Shown here: positions 16,228 to 24,779 of the stretch, one piece after another
Layout of the letters: the number at the start of each line of letters is the position of its first letter
Numbering within the stretch: the first letter of the stretch is position 1
Assembly: GCA_965243255.1 (NCBI GenBank)
Contig: CBDEUH010000004.1
Location: forward strand, 1,790,979-1,854,978
Reading direction: 5' to 3'
DNA: 64,000 bases
Origin: Dehalococcoidia bacterium
Lineage (GTDB): Bacteria; Chloroflexota; Dehalococcoidia; Lucifugimonadales; UBA3495
Notes under the pieces: model-generated
Database searches by the model: none
What the model was told of the DNA's origin: nothing
Seen by the model: only the letters and a program-made list of their open reading frames with translations
Translations under genes and position numbers: made by a program

Positions 16228-17967
16228 TTATTGGTCGATGCGGCAGCTGATGATGTCGAGGCCGTAATACTTGCGGTGGTGGACGGACGAGGCGTAATGG
16301 CGCAGGATGCGCACCGATAGCTGGCGTTCATCTTCCAAAGCGTGCTGGTCGCCCAGGTAGGCGATCTGGTCTTCGATATTGCCCTGGATGGCGTCGTGGG
16401 CGGCGACCATGATTTCGAGGTCGGCGGCGGCGCCGTCCGGGCGGATTGAGGCGATGAGGCGACGCTGCTGATCTTCGGGGCCGTGGTTTTCTTCCTGGAG
16501 CAGGCTGAGCACGGCCTCTTCGCCGACCAGACGCAGGCGGTTTTTGCCGACTTCGGTCCAGGAATGGCGGTCGGCGAACTGGGCGAGGAAGTCGTCGATG
16601 GCGGGCAGTGAGGACTGGGACAGGTCGATGCGCAGCTTGCGGGCGCGGAGGGCCGGCAGTTCGGTGAACAGGGTCATCACGATGGCGACCAGGCCGCCAA
16701 CGACGATGGTGTTGCCCACCAGGTGGCTGGATATGGTCCCTTCGACGAAGCCGCTGAGGACGCCGGCGGACAGGCCCAGGACGGTGGAGACGCCGGCGAT
16801 GCCGGCCTTTTTGTGGTCGATGGGGCCGGTGAAGACGGACTTGGCCCCCTCGACGAAGAGGGCTCCGAAGATGACGATATAGACGGCGCCGACGACCTGG
16901 CTGGGAACGGCGGTGAGGATGGCGAGGAGCTTGGAAAAGGGCGCCACGGCGATGGTGAACAGCCCCAGGTAGAGGCCCACGCTCCTGGCGGCGACGCCGG
17001 TGAAGCTGATGTACACCACGGTGGTTACCCAGGGCGCGGCCACGGGCAGGGTGCCGAGGAGACCGGAGAGCAGGGTTCCGATTCCGTACACGTTGAGTCC
17101 GCCCTGGACCTTGCGGAAGTCGATGGCGGCGAGATTGCGGCGGGATGCGGCGTAAACGATGGAAAGGTCTCCGGCCACCTTCATAAAGGCGGTAAGTTTG
17201 ACGAAGACGAAGACGGGAAGCAGGGTCCAGAAATCGGGGCCGAAGGTCAGGTCCAGTCCGGGCCACTGGAGATGGGGCAGGCTGAGCCAGGGCGCATCGA
17301 GGATGATGCCAACGTCGTAGAAGCCCAGGGGGACGGCGACCAGCAGGCCGACCATCACCATGCCGGGCAGGATCCACATGCGCCAGGCCGGGGAGTCTTT
17401 CATCAGGATGAAGGCGCCGGCGGCGAGGGCGGCGACTCCGGGGGCCAGGAAGAGGGCGGTTGAGGTGTCTTCGGGCTGAACGACGCCTCGGCTGATGATG
17501 AAGGGGACGGCGGAGATGGCCACCAGCATGACGATGACGCCGCTGACCGTTTGGGTGAAGATGCGACGCAGGGAGGCGAGGCGGAAGGTGAGAACGGTTT
17601 GGAGCAGGGTGGAGACGACGACGAGGGTGGCGAGGAGGCCGGGGCCGCCGGTATGGAGGGCCAGCACGGAGACGGCCAGGAAGGGCACGTTGAAGTTGCA
17701 GACGACGAGGCCGCCGGAGCCGAGATAGCGCAGCTGGATTGCCTGCAGGATCATGGCGACGCCGGAAGCGGCGAGGACGGTGAAGGTGGCCCAGGCGAGA
17801 TAGGCGTCGGACTGGCCGGAGGCGCGGACGACGAGGCCCACCAGCATGACCAGTCCGATGGTGTTGGGAACGAAGATCTGCAATGCCGAGGTAATACTCA
17901 GCAGAGGCGGGCACTGATCATCCGGCTCGAAGCGAGGGCCATGTCGCGCCTGGGCATCCCTGGACAT
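16228..17967 (-). CDS. Polytopic permease (NCS2/xanthine-uracil-permease-like) with ~130-aa cytoplasmic C-terminal domain
   Basis: 579 aa, with ~12 hydrophobic segments followed by a soluble tail (…LRIDLSQSSLPAIDDFLAQFADRHSW…RILRHYASSVHHRKYYGLDIISCRIDQ). Family assignment is by eye only. Confidence 0.55.
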   Translation of the reverse strand: MSRDAQARHGPRFEPDDQCPPLLSITSALQIFVPNTIGLVMLVGLVVRASGQSDAYLAWATFTVLAASGVAMILQAIQLRYLGSGGLVVCNFNVPFLAVSVLALHTGGPGLLATLVVVSTLLQTVLTFRLASLRRIFTQTVSGVIVMLVAISAVPFIISRGVVQPEDTSTALFLAPGVAALAAGAFILMKDSPAWRMWILPGMVMVGLLVAVPLGFYDVGIILDAPWLSLPHLQWPGLDLTFGPDFWTLLPVFVFVKLTAFMKVAGDLSIVYAASRRNLAAIDFRKVQGGLNVYGIGTLLSGLLGTLPVAAPWVTTVVYISFTGVAARSVGLYLGLFTIAVAPFSKLLAILTAVPSQVVGAVYIVIFGALFVEGAKSVFTGPIDHKKAGIAGVSTVLGLSAGVLSGFVEGTISSHLVGNTIVVGGLVAIVMTLFTELPALRARKLRIDLSQSSLPAIDDFLAQFADRHSWTEVGKNRLRLVGEEAVLSLLQEENHGPEDQQRRLIASIRPDGAAADLEIMVAAHDAIQGNIEDQIAYLGDQHALEDERQLSVRILRHYASSVHHRKYYGLDIISCRIDQ

Positions 17968-18111
17968 ATTGCTGAATCACTCGTTGGAAAGGGCCGGCTG
18001 GTTGTGGTGAACCCCTGGCCGGCTGAGCCATGCTATCACACGTGTGAAAAAGATGTGAGTTATGATAGGATGATTTTCCTGAAATTGGGCAAGTCGTAGG
18101 AGGTCGCCTAG

Positions 18112-20064
18112 ATGCGATATGAGCAGTACGTTAATACTCGGACGGGGTCGGCGGGGTTGATGAGCCAGGGGCTGCGGTCCGGGATCAGGGCATTGATTCT
18201 GACATTGATCATTGCGTCCTTGGCGGCGCTGGTGATTGCCTGCGGGGACGACCCGGCGCCGACGGCGGCGCCCACCGTTGCGGCGGCGCCGGCGGCAACG
18301 GCGACCACGGCGCCAACTGCAACGACAGCGCCGGCGGCCACTGCCATCCCGGCGCCGACGGCGGCACCGGGCCCGACGGCGGCGCCCACGGCTACGGCGA
18401 CCCCGGTGGCTACGCCCACGGCGGTTCCGGCGCCGACGCCGACCACCGCGCCGGAGCCGGACGTTACGCCGGCGCCGACACCGACGCCCACGGCGGAACC
18501 GACGCCGGAGCCGGTGGCGTTGGACGACGAGGGGGTGACCCGGGCCTACGTGGAGCAGGCCATCGACTATTACCGGGAGAATGGACTGGAGGCCACGGTT
18601 GAGTTCTACAAGAGCGACGCCAGCATCGCAGACGGTCGGCATCTGACCCTGATCGACAAGGGCGAGAGCGTGCTGCTGGTGTACCGTCCGACGCCGACGC
18701 TGCAGGGGCAGTACATTGGGCCCGGTTCGCCGTACCCGGGGCTGGAGCAACTGGCGAGCCTGGCTACGGATGAGGGTTTCTGGGGGACGGCCCGAGGCAT
18801 CAACCTGAACACCAGGCTGGAAGAGCCGCGGCGGATTTTGACCGTGCTATATGACGGGTACGTGTTCACCTCAAGCCATTCGGCGCTGATTGAAGACGTG
18901 GCCGCGTCCACGCAGGAGTACGTGGGCAAGGCGATTGCCAGGTACGACAGCGACGGGCTGGAGGCCGTCATCGGGCATTACAACAGCATGGACAGTCTGG
19001 ACGGTCAGTTCTACCTGTTCCTGATCGGGGAGGATGACCTGTATCTGGCGCATCCCATCTTTTCGCACCTGATCGGTTCGGACATCAAGGACGTGGTGGG
19101 GTCAGACGGACAGGAGCTGGGGAAGGAGATAGCGGAGGCCGGCGAGGATGGCATCTGGGTGGAATACCTGTGGCCGCATCCGGTGTCGCGGAAGGAGCAG
19201 CAGAAGGTTACGTGGGCGGTGCGGCACGACGGGCTGATCTTCGCGTCGGGGTATTATGCCGGCGAACCGGAGACCGGGCCGCCGGCGTGGCGTGGCGCGG
19301 ACCCCCGGGAGTACACGGAGGAGTACGTACACCGGGCCGTGGAGCGATACGAGCGGGACGGTTTGCAGTCGATGCTGAACTACTACAACAGCGTGGCCAG
19401 CTTTGAAGGGGAGTGGTATCTGTTCGCGACGGACGACGCCGACATCTATCACGTGCACCCGCTGGTGCCGGAGCTGATTGGAACGGACATCAAGGAGATA
19501 GTAGGGCCCGACGACTTCCGGTTGGGCGAGGCTCTGGCCAAGGCCACGGAGGAGGGCCTGTGGGTGGATTATTTGTGGCCGCATCCGGTGACGCTGAAGC
19601 AGGCTCCCAAGGCGGCTTACGCGGTGCGCCGGGACGGGATGCTTTTCGCTTCGGGATACTACGTACACATCGAGGATCCCGTGGCACGGACCAAGTCATA
19701 CGTGCAGCGGGCCATCCACCACTACGAGGAAAACGGGCTGGAAGGGACGATTGACTATTACAACAACGAGGAAAGTTTCGACGTTCAGTGGCAGCTTTTG
19801 ATGGCGGATGAAGACCTGACGCTGCTGCTGTCGCCGGTGGCGCAGCACCTGGTGGGGACCAACCTGCACCTGCTCTTCCGAAACATCAATCGGCAGGCCG
19901 CCAACGAGCTGGCCGGGGCTACCGAGGAGGGGGTCTGGATCACCTACATACGTCCGAACGTGAGGTCATCGGAGACGCTGTACGCGCACATGTGGGCGGT
20001 GCGGCACGACGGGTTTATATTCATGTCGCGCTACTTTGACGACCAGCCGGAGGATCCGGAGTAG
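18112..20064 (+). CDS. Secreted lipoprotein with Pro/Thr/Ala linker and four tandem sCache_2-like domains
   Basis: RBS TAGGAGG upstream; lipobox LVIAC; ~95-aa APT-rich linker. Four repeats follow, of the pattern Y(V)..AI..Y…GLE…Y…WYLF…HP…L(I/V)G(T/S)(D/N)…EG.W..Y.WP.P……A(V)R(H/R)DG.(I/L)F.SGYY. Confidence 0.7.
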   Translation: MRYEQYVNTRTGSAGLMSQGLRSGIRALILTLIIASLAALVIACGDDPAPTAAPTVAAAPAATATTAPTATTAPAATAIPAPTAAPGPTAAPTATATPVATPTAVPAPTPTTAPEPDVTPAPTPTPTAEPTPEPVALDDEGVTRAYVEQAIDYYRENGLEATVEFYKSDASIADGRHLTLIDKGESVLLVYRPTPTLQGQYIGPGSPYPGLEQLASLATDEGFWGTARGINLNTRLEEPRRILTVLYDGYVFTSSHSALIEDVAASTQEYVGKAIARYDSDGLEAVIGHYNSMDSLDGQFYLFLIGEDDLYLAHPIFSHLIGSDIKDVVGSDGQELGKEIAEAGEDGIWVEYLWPHPVSRKEQQKVTWAVRHDGLIFASGYYAGEPETGPPAWRGADPREYTEEYVHRAVERYERDGLQSMLNYYNSVASFEGEWYLFATDDADIYHVHPLVPELIGTDIKEIVGPDDFRLGEALAKATEEGLWVDYLWPHPVTLKQAPKAAYAVRRDGMLFASGYYVHIEDPVARTKSYVQRAIHHYEENGLEGTIDYYNNEESFDVQWQLLMADEDLTLLLSPVAQHLVGTNLHLLFRNINRQAANELAGATEEGVWITYIRPNVRSSETLYAHMWAVRHDGFIFMSRYFDDQPEDPE

Positions 20065-20116
20065 CGGTAGGGGGGCGCTATCCTCCACCTTCCGGATTCC
20101 TCATTGGCTCCTAGCA

Positions 20117-20147
20117 CAGCGCGGACTTGGCGGCGCTGGGGATTTTT
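20117..20147 (+). terminator. Hairpin + T-run after Cache lipoprotein gene
   Basis: cagcgc(g)-gacttgg-(c)ggcgctg, followed by gggGATTTTT. Confidence 0.4.
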
Positions 20148-20201
20148 GGTGGCAAGGCGGGGCCTACTGTTCCAATCGGGGCGGCGATGGAGCATAATAA
20201 A

Positions 20202-20275
20202 TGGCTGGGGATACAGGATTCGAACCTGTGATACCTGATCCAGAGTCAGGCGTCTTACCACTAGACTAATCCCCA
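20202..20275 (-). tRNA. tRNA-Gln (anticodon CTG)
   Basis: Hand-folded 74-nt cloverleaf: acceptor TGGGGAT/ATCCCCA, D arm GTCT-AGTGGTA-AGAC, anticodon arm CCTGA-CTCTGGA-TCAGG, variable TATC, T arm ACAGG-TTCGAAT-CCTGT, discriminator G, encoded CCA. Confidence 0.9.
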
Positions 20276-20311
20276 GCGCGGGTTTTGATTCTATCAAAGG
20301 AGAGTTTTGTG

Positions 20312-21178
20312 ATGCAACTGGGAGCCATCTTTCCGCAGACTGAGATCGGGGCCGACCCGGCGGCCGTGAAGGACTTTGCCCAGGCCGCCGAGGCGCTGGG
20401 CTATGAGCATCTCTTGGTGTTCGACCACGTGCTGGGAGCGGACCATACGCAGCGGGCGGAGTGGAACCGTCCGTACAACAAGGACGATATGTTTCACGAG
20501 CCGTTTGTGATGTTCGGCTACCTGGCCGGGGTGACGGAGAGGATCGAGTTCTGCACGGGCATCATCATCCTGCCGCAGCGTCAGACGGCGCTGGTGGCGA
20601 AGCAGACGGCGGAGGTGGACGTGCTGACGGGCGGTCGGCTGCGGCTGGGCATCGGCGTGGGCTGGAACGACGTGGAGTATGAGGCGCTGGGGGAGAACTG
20701 GGAGAATCGGGGACGCCGCTCGGCCGAGCAGATTGAGGTGCTGCGGATGCTGTGGACGCAGGAAGTGGTGAACTACGAGGGGCGTTACCACAAAATCACC
20801 CACGCCGGCATCAATCCGCTGCCGGTGCAGCGACCGATTCCGGTGTGGCTGGGGGGCGGCGCGCCGCAGGTGGTGCGGCGACTGGCGCGGATGGGGGACG
20901 GATGGTTTCCGCAGTTTCAGCCGGACGCGGCCGGACGGGAACGACTGGACGAGATGCGGGAGCTGGCCCGGGGCTACGGACGGGACCCGTCGGCCATCGG
21001 CGTGGAGGGTCGGGTCGCGTTGATGGACAGCGACAACCCGGACGACTGGAACCGGCTGGCGGCGGCCTGGGACGAGGCGGGGGCGACGCACCTGTCGGTG
21101 AATACGATGCGGGCGGGGCTGAAGGGGCCGGACGAACACATTGAGGCGATCCGGCGGTTCAAGGAGGCGACTGGGTGA
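20312..21178 (+). CDS. LLM-class (luciferase-like) F420/flavin-dependent oxidoreductase
   Basis: ATG 20312 with AAAGGAGAG RBS upstream. MQLGAIFPQTEIGADPAAVKDFAQAAEALGYEHLLVFDHV… and …RLRLGIGVGWN…, typical of the LLM fold. Confidence 0.8.
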   Translation: MQLGAIFPQTEIGADPAAVKDFAQAAEALGYEHLLVFDHVLGADHTQRAEWNRPYNKDDMFHEPFVMFGYLAGVTERIEFCTGIIILPQRQTALVAKQTAEVDVLTGGRLRLGIGVGWNDVEYEALGENWENRGRRSAEQIEVLRMLWTQEVVNYEGRYHKITHAGINPLPVQRPIPVWLGGGAPQVVRRLARMGDGWFPQFQPDAAGRERLDEMRELARGYGRDPSAIGVEGRVALMDSDNPDDWNRLAAAWDEAGATHLSVNTMRAGLKGPDEHIEAIRRFKEATG

Positions 21179-21294
21179 CGGGGGTTTGGGCCGAGAAATC
21201 CGGGCCGTCTTGACACCTGAGGGGGATAGCGGGCAAAATCATCTTTACGGAAATCTCACACACATTCAATCCAAATGACCGGGAGGAATTCTCC

Positions 21295-21537
21295 ATGCCG
21301 TCAACTGAAGAACGTCTCAGGAAGCTGATAGCCGACAACCTGGAAATCGACGGGAAGCCCATCAACGACGTGAACATGAGCAACAGCCTGCGGGACCTTG
21401 GGGTGTCGTCGGTGGACATTCTGGCCTTCGCCAGGGTGGTGCAGGCGGAGTTCGGCATCCAGTTCGGCGTGGAACAGTGCACCGAGCTGAAGAACCTGAA
21501 CGAGGTGATCGCGTACGTGGACGCGAATAGTGGGTGA
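21295..21537 (+). CDS. Acyl/peptidyl carrier protein
   Basis: 80 aa with GGAGG RBS and the phosphopantetheine attachment motif LGVSSVDIL in a four-helix-sized protein. Confidence 0.7.
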   Translation: MPSTEERLRKLIADNLEIDGKPINDVNMSNSLRDLGVSSVDILAFARVVQAEFGIQFGVEQCTELKNLNEVIAYVDANSG

Positions 21538-21552
21538 AGCTTCGGATTGAGG

Positions 21553-22098
21553 CTATGTTCCAGACTGGGCGAGGACAATAAACCTGGTGATATTGTCGGG
21601 TCGGTCCTGGATGCGGCGGGCGATAATCTCGGCCCTTCCCTCTGCGGCCCGTTGCGAGCAGATGGCTGCGGCCGGCTCTGCGCAGCGCTCCATGTCGTCC
21701 AGGGCCGCGGCGGTGCTTGCGGAGGTCGATTGCCTGGCCTGCGGCCAACAGCGCTCCAAGTAGCCCCGACACTCGAGGAGCGCCTGCGGATGGGAGAACA
21801 CCACCCGCACCTCTGACGCGCTCACGCCGCACCGGGTTGCCAGGCAGTGGTCAGTGGGCAGGTCTATCGCGTCGAGTGTAACTGCTCCGGTCTGCTGGGC
21901 GAGCAGCTCCGCCGTGGCGGCTACCGGCCCGCCCAACGTGCTTTCGAACGGGACCACGCCCCGTTGGGCAAGGCCGGAGGATACCGCCTCAAACACCTCC
22001 GCGATGGATGTTAGCGGGAGCAGTTCAGCGTTGGCGTCGTAACGGGTGGCAGCTTCTTCGCTGAACGTCCCCGGCGGTCCCAAATAGGCAATTCGCAT
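21553..22098 (-). CDS. pheA: Prephenate dehydratase catalytic (PDT) domain protein lacking ACT domain
   Basis: 181 aa: MRIAYLGPPGTFSEEAA…VVPFESTLGG…FSHPQAL.ECR.YL…DNITRFIVL. It ends where the ACT regulatory domain normally begins. Confidence 0.75.
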   Translation of the reverse strand: MRIAYLGPPGTFSEEAATRYDANAELLPLTSIAEVFEAVSSGLAQRGVVPFESTLGGPVAATAELLAQQTGAVTLDAIDLPTDHCLATRCGVSASEVRVVFSHPQALLECRGYLERCWPQARQSTSASTAAALDDMERCAEPAAAICSQRAAEGRAEIIARRIQDRPDNITRFIVLAQSGT

Positions 22099-22147
22099 AT
22101 TCTTCGCTCCAACCGTGCTTGAGGATGGAGTTCAAGATAGTTGGCAG

Positions 22148-22168
22148 CTTGCGCCGGAATGACGGGGG
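22148..22168 (+). repeat. REP-like element, family A, right half only
   Basis: …gcgccggaatgacggggg shares CCGGAATGACGGG with the 35193 copy. Confidence 0.5.
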
Positions 22169-22173
22169 AGGCG

Positions 22174-23106
22174 CTATACCTTGCCCACCAGGTTTTTGAG
22201 GGCGGCGTAGGTTCGGGGGGCTGAGTCGTTGGGGTCGGCGGTGGTGAAGATGTTGGCAATGAAGTCGGTGGCGCCGGCGGCGGCGAATTGTTGGAGCTGG
22301 GTTTGTAGGGAGGCCTCGTTGCCGACTACGGCGACTTCGGAGGGGCCCTCCACGTCTTCAACGTCGAGGATGCGGCGGTAGTTGACCAGGCGTCCGTAGC
22401 GTTCGTAGGACTGGGCGGCGGCGCGGCGTCCGGCGGCTTCGTCGTCGCAGACGGTGGCGGGCAGTCCGACGCAGATGCGGGGTTCGGGTCGGCCGGCGGC
22501 CTCGGCGGCGGCGTTGATGCGGGGACGGACGTGGTCGCGGATGGCGCGGGGGCCGGCCATCCAGGTGATGGTGCCGTCGGCCTGCTGTCCGGCGAGGCGG
22601 AGCATCCGGGGCGCGAGGGCGGAAATGAGCACTGGACAGTTGGGACGGTCCAGCACGTCCAGCTCGGCGTTGACGTTGTAGAAGTCGCCGGAGAATTGGA
22701 CGCGGCCCTGGTCGATGAGGGGGCGCAGGACGGAGAGGTATTCGCGGGTGTGCTGGGCCGGGCGGTCGTAGGAGAGGCCGAAGCTATCCTCGATGCCGGG
22801 GCGATGGGACGGGCCGATGCCGAGGAGGAAGCGTCCGCCGGCGGCAGTGGCGGTGGTCAGCGCCTGTTGCGCCAAGGCCATGGGGTGGCGGGGGTAGGTG
22901 GGCACGACGCCGACGCCCAGCTCGATGCGGGAGGTCTGGGTACCGGCCAGGGCGAGGACGGTGAGGGCGTCGTAGCCGCGGGCGGAGATGTGGGGGACCC
23001 AGAAGCTGTCGAATCCGTCGGCTTCGGCCTGCTTGATGCGGGCGATGAGTTCGTCCAGGCTGATGAGGTCGGCGGTGGATGCGCCGACGAAGACTCCGAT
23101 ACGCAT
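22174..23106 (-). CDS. LLM-class F420/flavin-dependent oxidoreductase
   Basis: 310 aa: MRIGVFVG…GFDSFWVPH…IELGVGVVPTYPRHPMALAQQA…. The start codon shares one nt with the SulP stop (TAATG). Confidence 0.8.
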   Translation of the reverse strand: MRIGVFVGASTADLISLDELIARIKQAEADGFDSFWVPHISARGYDALTVLALAGTQTSRIELGVGVVPTYPRHPMALAQQALTTATAAGGRFLLGIGPSHRPGIEDSFGLSYDRPAQHTREYLSVLRPLIDQGRVQFSGDFYNVNAELDVLDRPNCPVLISALAPRMLRLAGQQADGTITWMAGPRAIRDHVRPRINAAAEAAGRPEPRICVGLPATVCDDEAAGRRAAAQSYERYGRLVNYRRILDVEDVEGPSEVAVVGNEASLQTQLQQFAAAGATDFIANIFTTADPNDSAPRTYAALKNLVGKV

Positions 23107-24764
23107 TATGTTTTCTCCGCGGGTTGGGGTGTGATGTTGAGGATGGTGCGGGCGGCGGCTCGGGCGCCGTCGAGGTCAGCGACGAAGCGGTCGGGTGGGA
23201 CTTTGGCCAGGATGTTGAGGGCGGTGAGGTTGCGTTCGACGGGGGAGCCGGTGAGGCCCATGACGATGGACTCGGTGTCTTCGTCGATGGCGATGTCGAT
23301 CATCTGCTCGACGACCATGGCGGCGCTGTCGTCCATGTGGAGGGTTTCGGAGAAGTCGAAGATGACGACGTCGTGGTCGCTGATGTCGCTGCCGATGGTG
23401 TTGACCAGCTTGCTGGAAGAGGCGACGGAGAAACGGCCGCGCATCTTGATCTCACCGCAACGGGCAGCGAAGGGGTCGTTGGCGGCGGCGGCCTCCTCGG
23501 GCGATTCGTAGAGGAAGGTTTGGTCGAGGAGGGGGGTGGAGATAACGCTGTCGAGTTCCTGGCGTTCGAGTTGGCGGGCGGCGACCATGCCGGCGGCGAT
23601 GAGGCCGATGGCGATGGCGGTTACGAGGTCGAGGAACACCGTCAAGGCCAGGGTGATGAGCATGACGACGAGGTGGTCGCGCTGGATGAGATGGGCGCGT
23701 TTGATGAGTCGCCAGTCGATGATGTCCCAGCCCACTTTCATCAGGATGCCGGCGAGGACGGCGCGGGGAATTTCGGCGGCGTATTGACCGACACCCAGCA
23801 CCAGGGCCAGGAGGGCGGCGGCGCACACGACGCCGGAGATGGGGGTGCGTGAGCCGGAGCGGATATTGGTGACGGTGACCACCGTGTTGCCGGCGCCGGG
23901 CAAGCCGCCAATGAGGGCGGCGACGGTGTTGCCGATACCCTGGCCGACGAGCTCGCGGTTGGCGTTGTGGCTGGTGCGGGTGAGGGAGTCGGCGATGAGG
24001 GAGGTGAGCAGGCTGTCGATAGAGCCGAGGAGGGCGAGGACCAGGGCGGGAGTGAGGGAGCTGATGAGGAAGCCGGCGTCGAAGACGGGGATCCAGAGCT
24101 TGGGCAGGCCGGTGGGCACGTTGCCGATGACGGAGAGGTTGTTGAGCCAGAAGATGCCGATAATCGAGCCGACGATCATGGCAGCCAGGGGAGCCGGCAG
24201 GTAGCGGCGGGCCTGGGAAGGCCAGAGCGCGGCGACCAGCAGGGTGATGGAGGCGACGATGAGGGCGTGGACCTGGGCGTTGGAGATGGCGTCGGGGAGG
24301 GCGCGGATCTTATCCAGGACGCCGCCGGGCTCGATTTGGGCGCCGACGAAGGGCGCGACCTGGACGAGCATCACGATGACGCCGATGCCGGTCATGAAGC
24401 CGGAGATGACGGAGTAAGGGGTGTAGGCGACGAACCGTCCGATCCTGATTGCGCCGAGGACAATCTGGATGAGGCCGGCCAGCACGACGACGGTGAAGGC
24501 CCTGGCGAAATCGCCATCGGAGTGGACGGTTACGATGACGGCCATGGCGACGCTCATGGGGCCGGTGGGACCGGAAATCTGGGAGCGGGTGCCGCCGAAG
24601 ACGGCGGCGAAGAAACCGACGGCGATGGCGCCATACATGCCGGCGATGGGGCCGAGACCGGAGGCGACGCCGAAGGCCAGGGCGACCGGCAACCCCACCA
24701 CCGATGCCGTGAGACCACCGAAGAGGTCGCCGCGCAGCGCGGCGAGGGTATAGCGTGGTCTCAT
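23106..24764 (-). CDS. SulP-family anion transporter with C-terminal STAS domain
   Basis: 552 aa with the SulP membrane core (…GDLFGGLTASVVGLPVALAFGVASG…) and a STAS tail (…VVIFDFSETLHMDDSAAMVVEQMI…). Confidence 0.9.
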   Translation of the reverse strand: MRPRYTLAALRGDLFGGLTASVVGLPVALAFGVASGLGPIAGMYGAIAVGFFAAVFGGTRSQISGPTGPMSVAMAVIVTVHSDGDFARAFTVVVLAGLIQIVLGAIRIGRFVAYTPYSVISGFMTGIGVIVMLVQVAPFVGAQIEPGGVLDKIRALPDAISNAQVHALIVASITLLVAALWPSQARRYLPAPLAAMIVGSIIGIFWLNNLSVIGNVPTGLPKLWIPVFDAGFLISSLTPALVLALLGSIDSLLTSLIADSLTRTSHNANRELVGQGIGNTVAALIGGLPGAGNTVVTVTNIRSGSRTPISGVVCAAALLALVLGVGQYAAEIPRAVLAGILMKVGWDIIDWRLIKRAHLIQRDHLVVMLITLALTVFLDLVTAIAIGLIAAGMVAARQLERQELDSVISTPLLDQTFLYESPEEAAAANDPFAARCGEIKMRGRFSVASSSKLVNTIGSDISDHDVVIFDFSETLHMDDSAAMVVEQMIDIAIDEDTESIVMGLTGSPVERNLTALNILAKVPPDRFVADLDGARAAARTILNITPQPAEKT

Positions 24765-24779
24765 CGGGCAGCTATGCCG

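Noticed and set aside
20065-20311. tRNA-Gln as an integration hotspot (possible island boundary)
   Set aside because: I found no duplicated tRNA 3' segment, integrase or compositional shift on either side. The neighbours are ordinary high-GC genes.
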